Part shown: piece after piece, positions 20,278 through 29,200 of the stretch | Numbering within the stretch: the stretch's first letter is position 1 | Layout of the letters: the number at the start of each line of letters is the position of its first letter | Source: Flavobacteriaceae bacterium | GTDB taxonomy: Bacteria > Bacteroidota > Bacteroidia > Flavobacteriales > Flavobacteriaceae | Reading direction: 5' to 3' | NCBI GenBank assembly: GCA_965224465.1 | Contig: OZ245049.1 | Span: 3,330,001 to 3,362,000, forward strand | DNA length: 32,000 bases | The notes under the pieces: model-generated | The model's input: only the letters and a program-made list of their open reading frames with translations | What the model was told of the DNA's origin: nothing | The model's database searches: none | Program-made: the position numbers and the translations under genes

Positions 20278-23200
20278 ATGAAAACTATAGTATTTACCCC
20301 TAGCTATACAAAGTTCATAAAAATACATTATGCCTTTTTATTTGTTTTGTTATCTGTCAATTTTAATGTGCTCTTTGCGCAAACAGCAGTGCCTTTTAAG
20401 GCTCGATTTAATGTGAGTCTCCGTGGTGATTTGACCATGATTTCAAATAATATTCTCAATAGGGATGGTGGTAATGGAGCCGGCACCAATGTTCCTTACA
20501 ATGGGGAACGTTGCAATAATCATTTTGATATGCAGTATATTGACGTAGACAGTGATCCCACTACTGACTCCTCAAGCAGTGCTACGTTTTCGTTTCCTGA
20601 GAATACTTGTTCAAAGGTGAAGTTTGCGGGGCTTTATTGGGGGGCTATATATATGGATTCAAATCGCGATGCTAGATATACTAGTGTCAAATTAAAACTT
20701 CCTGGTACTGCTAAATATGTGACTGTAGCTGCTACTGATATCATTTTTAATGATCAAAATACTTTTGACCAAGATCCGTATGCTTGTTTTGCAGATGTAA
20801 CAAACTTGGTTACTGGCTTAACTTCCCCAGAAGGTGAATACACGGTTGCCAACATCTTTGCAAGTCTGGGAAAAGATTCAGTCGGTAATGTACCTGACTG
20901 TGGGACTGCTGCTGGTTGGACTTTAGTGATTGTTTATGAGAATCCAAAACTTCCAAATAGAAATATAACTATTTTTGATGGGTTTTCTGGGGTAACTGAT
21001 ACAAGTTTATTGAATTCTGCAACTATTAATGTAAATGGATTTACCACGATTCCTAATGGACATGTTAGGGCTCGAATTGCAGTTTCTTGTCTTGAAGGAG
21101 ATCGTGAGTATGATGATGATAGATATAGCATTAGTACCTCACAAAATACTGGAACTGATACAGCTTTGTTCGACACTGCAAATCCAGTTAATAACTTTTT
21201 TAATAGTTCGATTAGTATAGATGGTACTCAATTTAATGATAGAGTTCCTAATAGTGGTAACAGCCTTGGATGGGATTCAGATTTATTCACTATTTCTAAT
21301 CCTGGAAATTCAGTAATTGGAAATAACGAAACTTCAGCCACCTTAAAGCTTAAAACAGATGGAGATACCTTCTTCGTTTTTCAAACATCCTTTGTTGTTG
21401 ATGTTATTTCCCCTGAAATCACCTTGTTAAAAACGGTAGATGATGGTAATAATAAGAGTTTAAAAGGACAAGATGTTACTTTAGGGGATAGCTTGTGGTA
21501 TCAATTGGAATTCAATAATTCTGGAAATGATGATGCTACCAAAACGATGATTATTGATAGCTTACCGATTAATGTAGATTTGGTTGAGAGTTCTATAAGC
21601 TCTTTAATTTCGGGTGTAACATATAGCTATATTCCTCCAGCTGCTTCTTCTGGCGGGGTTCTTAAATTCTTGATAGATGATAAACTTGTGACTAAAGGTG
21701 GTGCAAAATATAAAATTCGTTTTAAAGTTAAAATAACCGATCAATGTAATAATTTACGAAATGCATGTGAAAATAAAATAGAAAATCAGGCATTTTCTTA
21801 TTATAGTGGTAAGGTTAGTAATATTGATGTAATCGCTCATCCTAGTTTTAATAGCCTTGATAAATGTGGTGCTGGTATACCTGGAGCTACTAATTTTTTA
21901 GTGGATGTAAAAGGCTGTACTCTGGATCGAACGGAAGTATTGTGTTCAGGAAATTCTTTAGTTTTAACTGCTGGTAGTGGTTATGCTTCTTATGAGTGGA
22001 AAAATCCTTCGGGGCAAATAATCCTTGGTAAAACTAGTAAAACTCTCAAAGTAGATAAAACAGGGGTTTATACCGTTAAAAAAACTGCCAAAGCTCCTTG
22101 TGTAACTGCGACTGAAATCATAAACGTGGTCTCTTCTACTGATGATAATATGAATCCACTACTTCGTAAAGAAAATGGCAAGTATTTGTTCGTAGATGTT
22201 GTAAAAACATGTGAAAATAATGGGAATAAATTAGCGGAAATCTATTTTTGTTCAACAACTGCTTTTAAAAACATTAATTTAGGTGCTTTAGATACTCAAG
22301 AAATTAAGTGGCAAAAATTAGATAAAAATTTGGAAATTGATCCGTCTTCTAAGTGTCCTAATGTGGATGCAACGAATGATAAATGGACGACCGTTGGCTC
22401 CACAAATTCTTTTAAAGTAGAGAATCCTGGTGACTACCGACTCAATATAGTGTTTAAAGGAGGTTGTCAGAGCTACTATTATTTCAAGGTATTCAAAGCT
22501 CCAGTTAAAGCTAAAGCTGAAAAATTAGATATACTTTGTGATAAGGACGGAAGTATTACTATTGTTAATATCCCCGATTCTTTATATGAATTTAGTTTTG
22601 TTAAGAAAGGCGAAACTGCGGGAGTGTATAAAACTGAAAGAAAGTTCATTGTAAAAACGCCTGGAGATTATACAGTGTATTACCGACATAAAGATGCACC
22701 AGAAACGGCCTGTGTTTCTAAAATAGAAGATATTCATATTTCTAAATTAGACATTACTGTTACTCCAACTGAGAAAAATGTGTCTTGCAAAGGAGCTAAT
22801 GGATCCATTCGAGTGCAAGTAGGTAATGTCCCTGGTCCTTATACAATAGTATTGAAAGATATGAAAGGGGCCAAAATTGGAACCTATGGGCCAAATGATT
22901 TTGGTGATTATACATTTGATAAGTTGAGTGAAGGATCTTACCAAGTGGTTGCAACCGCAGGTGGCTGTTCTAAAACAATTGGTAATATTAAAATAAAAAA
23001 CAATAATCTTTTGTCGCTTAAAGCATTTGTTAAACAACATATTTCTTGTGAAAAAGGAAAAATTGAAGTTAGTGTTCTAGGGAAAAAAGGGGGTAAAGAA
23101 TCGTTTTCTTATGCCATTGATAGTTTTAAGTTGGATAGGAAGTCGTCATGGACTACTTTAACTAATTACAATTATCAAACTAGTAACATATTTGATATTC

Positions 23201-26200
23201 CTTTAGATGACGCAGGGACTTATATATTTAGGATGATTGACAATAATAGTACTGATAAAGCATGTCCTGTTTTGTCCAATAAGATCCTAATTTACAAGGA
23301 AGCTAAGGTTGCTTATACTGTATCTAAAACAGATGTCAAATGTAAGGGGACTTCTACAGGGAGCATTACCATACAACTTCCAAGAAAGTTAAATGGAAAT
23401 GTTTTATCCTTTACATTGTACGATGGGGTTGTTGGGAAAGAAATTTATGAAAAAGGCAGTTTTACGTATTCAAAAACTTTTTCAGGTAAACCTGCAGGTG
23501 GTTACACCTTAGTTGTACGTGTTAAAAAAGGAGATTCTTTTTGTTATTTTCCGGAAACTATTCGAATTAGTGAACCTGAAAATTCCTTGTCTGGGACGCT
23601 TACTTTAAAGCAAGATATCGTTTGTTTTGAAAACGGTGAAATTTCTATTGTTGGTACTGGGGGGAAAGCTCCTTATACCTATTCTATTGATGGAACAAAA
23701 TATGGTGACAAATCTGAATTTTCAAAGCTCACAGCAGGTACATATTATGGTTATATTAAAGATGTCGATGGCTGTCCTTTTACGACCAAACCAATTACGA
23801 TACAAAAATTAGATCCTCCGACAGCCCTTGCGTTTAACAATACAGCAATTAGCTGTCCTTCGCTATCGACGAATCTTACTGTGAATGTGACGGGGGGTGT
23901 AGGGAATCTTGTTTATGAAATTATTGCACCTGCTGCTGCTGTTACGAATAATGGAAATATCAATGTGTTTACTGGATTATCCGAAGGGGCTACGTATACT
24001 ATAAGGGTAACGGATGAAAAAAATTGCGTAATTGAGGCCATGTATAAGATTGAAGTCACTACAAAAATTTCTGTTACAGGAACTGTTGATAATGATGTAA
24101 ATTGTAAAGAAACGGCAACAGGAAAGGCGACGTTTACTGTTACAGGTTTTAGTGGTACCTATAGTTATGCGATTGGCACTACAGTAGTTACATTTCAAAG
24201 TGCATCTAGTATTGTATTGAATGCACTGGCTGCTGGTAATCACACGCTTACGGTGACCGATGATACTACGAACTGTACATCCTCGCATACTGTTACGATA
24301 AGAGAATCGATATTAGCGACTAGTATGTCTTTACAATCGACATCAATTATTTGTAATAAAAATGCAACGATTACAGTAACCGCTTCTGGAGGTGGTGGAG
24401 GGTTTCAATACCAATTAGAAACCTCGACAGGGACGGTCATAACTCCTTACAATAACAACCTTACATTTATAAATGTAACTCAGGGTTCTTATAATGTATT
24501 TGTAAGAGATTTATCAGGGTGTGTTATTAGTCAGAATATTAATATAGGTGCTGCAACTGGACCTTCAGTTCGTATAAGTCTCGATTCTCCGTGTTATACT
24601 TCGACGGGAAATGTTACCATTACAGCTGTGGGGACAGGAATAGCTCCTTTACGTTATTCATTAGATGGAGGGAATTTTAAAGATTCTCCAATATTCGCTA
24701 ATGTTAATCCCGGAAATTACAGTGTTAGGGTTAAGGATGGAAATGGTTGTGAAACAGTTTCAAGTGTGTTAACTGTTTCTTCTGAACTTTCTTTGTCTGC
24801 TCAGTTTCTCAATATTACAGCTTGTGGTAGTTCCACAAATGTTACCATTACAGCCATTGGCGGAGATGGTACGTATACGTATGCTATTGTTAATGCAGGG
24901 CTGATCCCTGTAGCTGCTAATTTTAGTACTATTAATCCGATAACTGTTACTAGCGTAGGAAACTATGATGTCTATGTAAAAGACGGTAAAGATTGTAGGG
25001 ATTTTATAAATATTACAGTGACTAAAGACCCTGCATTAACTGTATCTGTCAATACAAGTAGCGTTTTATGTAGTGGAGATTTGGCAACACTTACAGTTAC
25101 GGCTGCTGGAGGAGAAGCTCCATATACCTATCGTTTACTAAATGCATTGTCGACTGAAATTAGACCTTCGCAACCTAGTTCAGTATTCACGAATGTTCCC
25201 GTAGGGAATTATATTGTTAGTGTTTCGGATATTAGATCTTGTTCGGCTACCTCAACATTGGTAAACGTTACAGAACCAAATTCTTTATCAGCTGTCGTTG
25301 GCGTTACAGCACTTGTTTCTTGTAGTGCTAATTCGACGGCAGAAGTTAGGGTTGCAAATGCTATTGGAGGGACTCCTTTTCCTTCACCAACGCCTTATCG
25401 TTATAGTTTTGATGGTGAACTTAATTATGGAACATCCAACATCCAGCAATTGCCTGTAGGTATACATACGGTGTATATACAAGATATGAATGGGTGTAGT
25501 TTTCCTATGAATGTAGAAGTGCTAGGTCCGTTAGCGGCACCTAATTATACGCGTAGTTCTAGTGTAGTATACAATTGTTCTGGGCTAGGTGCTTTTACTG
25601 TTAAGCCTGATGATCCAACTCCTTTATATAGGTATACCTATTCAATAGACAAGGGGCCTGAATTAACTCCAGCTCCAGGGGAAATTGATTATACTTTTAC
25701 TGGGCTTACAGTAGGAAATCACATCGTTCAAATGAACTATACTTCTTTGGTAACTCCTATGCCTAGTGTGTTGTTTCGAGAAACTTTTGGTACTGGAGCT
25801 AATACAACAAATACGAATGTTGGACCTGCATATTGTTATGAGCCTCAGGACGGAACAGGTAGCTGTAACTTCGGGAGAAGTATTAATGATGGAGAATATT
25901 GTGTAACACAGGCTGTAGCAGCTCCGTTTTTTACTTGGCGTAGTCCCAATGATCGTTCAGGAGTACCGAATGGAAGGTTTTTGGTGATTAATATTGGAAA
26001 TACTGTAGGTGTTAATGGTATTATTTATCAGCAAGCGGTTACTGATGCTATTCCAAATAGAGATATTACGGTTCAATTATCCGCTTTTAATCTTTTGATG
26101 TCTACTGTAAATGGTCAAGCTGATCCTAATATTGTAGTACAATTAACGGATGCTTTAGGCGTTGTTTTGTTAGATGCATCTAGCAATCCTATCCAAGCTT

Positions 26201-29200
26201 CTACGGGAGATATTCCTAAAAACACAGGGGCAACTAATTGGATTGATTGTAATTTGACTTTAAACCCTGGTTCAAACACCGCTTTTAATATTGTAATTCG
26301 TTCGAATTCCACAGCAATAATGGGTAATGACATTGCCATAGACGATATTTTGGTTTTTCAACTACCAAGACAATGTCCTACTACTATTGAGATTCCTTTT
26401 ACGCTAGAAGTTAAAGATTTTAACGTTTCTAGTAGCTCTAAGAATGTTACATGTAATGGAGGAACAGATGGAAGTATTAGCGTTCAGGTTAATAATATAG
26501 ATCCATTTGGTAAAGGGTATAGGTATAAGGTAGGTGCTGCTGCTTGGAGTGCTCTTCAGTTCTCAAGTACCTTGACGGTACCTGGCTTAAATGCTGGTTC
26601 ACACACCGTATATTTTGAGCCTGTAAATCCAGATGGGACTACGGATTGTCCAACATCCATTACAGAAACTATAAAAGAACCTACGGCAGTGATTGCGAAT
26701 GCAAGCATTACAGGAAACATAACCTGTACCAATAACGGTGCTACCATTACTGCAAGTGCATCAGGAGGAACGGGGCCTTATCAATACCAATTGGAAACTC
26801 CAACAGGAGGCGTTACTACCGCCTATCAAAAATCAAAAATATTTTCCGGTGTAGCTCCTGGTACTTATAATATACGTGTAATAGATAAAAATAATTGTGA
26901 AGTTATTACAGGTACACAGATAGTTATCGCTGCGCCAACTACCATAGTATTTGGTTTGGTGGAGACTAATTGTTACGCAGGTGATAATAATGGAAGTATT
27001 GTTGTTACGGTAACTGCAGGGAATGGTATGTATGAGTTTAGTAGGAATGGCACTTCTTTCTATAGGCCTAGTCCATCTACTGCTTTAACATATACTTTTA
27101 AAAAATTAACTCCAGATAATTATACGATTTATGTTCGTGATAAAAATGGGTGTTTAATCTCTATGAATGTTACCATCGAACCTTCACTATCCGCATCGGC
27201 AGGCTTAGTCAAGGATATTGAATGTAAACTTCCAACGGGAGGTCAAATTAGTATCACTACGAATGGAGGTAATGGAACTTACACGTACAGATGGTCTGAT
27301 GATGCTGGTGTAACGTGGTATGGTTCTAATATTTTGTCTACTTCTACTGGAGGAACCTTTACTTATGGTACTGCTGGAAGCTATATATTTAAAGTTACAG
27401 ATGCTTCAGGGTGTGAAGTAACTACCAAAAAGATTAATCTTACACTTCCAATTGAACCTGATTTTACACTAAGTCCTACGAATGTGCTGTGTAATGGAGA
27501 TAATTCGGGTGTTATTAAGGTTACAATTGATAAGACTAAAGGATTGGCGCCGTTCCTAATTAATGTGTATAATACCACTTTAAAAAAGGACATGGGAGTC
27601 CAAACAATTAACTTACTAGCTGGTGACTATAAGGTTACGGTAACGGATGAGAAAGGTTGTTCTAAAATTAAAAATATAACTATTAGTCAGCCAATTGAGA
27701 TAGATGGACATGTAACATCTACAGATATTACATGTGCAAACCCTAACAATGTTTTAGGGACAATTACAATAGATGCATCTGGAACAGGAACGCCTCCTTA
27801 CACATATAGGGTATATAATACGGATCTTTCTTTTGATAGTACAGTCTCTTCTGCGGCTAGTCATACATTTACAAATTTGAATTTTGGGCTTTATAAAGTT
27901 GATATTACAGACGCAAATCAATGTCTTAAAATAACAAGTACTTCCATCGGTACTGCTCCAAATGTTCTAGTGACTACTGTAGGTGCTCCCACATGTTCTA
28001 CGGGAAGTATTACGGTTCAGGCGAATACAACAACAGTGAGCCCTTTAAGTAATGGTCCTTATTATTTCTCAATTTACCCTGTTGCTAGTCTTGCTCCTTC
28101 TGGTGCTGGTTGGTACCGTGGAATTTCAGTGACATTGCCAAATGCGACGACCACGGAAAATTATACCTTTAATGGATTGACCCCAGGAGTTAGGTATACA
28201 TTTGAGGTCTATGATGCTAGTACAGGATGTTCATTTATTCAGGAAGCAAATAATTTTATAATTCCGGTATCCACGTTAGTTGCTACGATAGATGATATTA
28301 AAGAAGTTACCTGTAGAGGAAGTTCTGATGGTGTTGTAGCATTTTCTATTACTAATTATGAGGTTACCGCTACACAGGTAGATTACCAGGTATACCAAAC
28401 AGTGACTATTAAAAAAATTACGGGACAGTCTGGTTCCTTTACAGGGTTAAATGGAGCTAGCGCATCTGCTAGTTTGACTGGCTTGGCTCCAGGAGAGTAT
28501 TTTATACAGTTTACGGAAGTAAATGGCGGGAATCCAGGATGTATTTCAACTTCTGCTCCGTTTTTAATTGGACAATCACCAAAATTACTAGAAATTAAAG
28601 CTTCTTTTGACAAAAATGAAAATTGTAGTAAACTTGGATCTGTTAAAGCCCTTGCGAAGTTTGGAACTCCTCCATATACCTATCAAATACAATTAAGTAC
28701 GGATCCAATTCCAACGGTTTCGACATGGACAGGAGTAAATACCAACGGGGAATTTAAAAAGGCAAAAGGAACTTACAAGGTATTTGTAAAGGATGCTTTT
28801 AATTGTATCAAAGGTTCGTTGGGTGTGATTATTGGCTTAGATCCTTCACCTTCCATTACGGCAACAGCTGATTATGCGGGCTGTCCTAGCGAAGGGAACT
28901 TTAAAGTAAGTATCAACTTGGATACTGCTGGAATACCACCTTATTACCTTCAAATTAATGGAGGAGCTAAGAAAGATATTACAAAATTTATTAGTATTAC
29001 AAAACCTTATGTTATCTCAGGACTTAGCTCAGGAAGTTATACATTTAAAGTATTTGATGCTAATGGGTGTAGTGAAACAGTTGCGGAAAGTGTGACTATT
29101 GCAGCACCACTCGAATTTAATGTGTCGATCTCTAAACTATTAGATTGTTTAGCGTCTCCTAATGCCGAAATCACAATTACTGGTGTAGTAGGGTCTGGAT

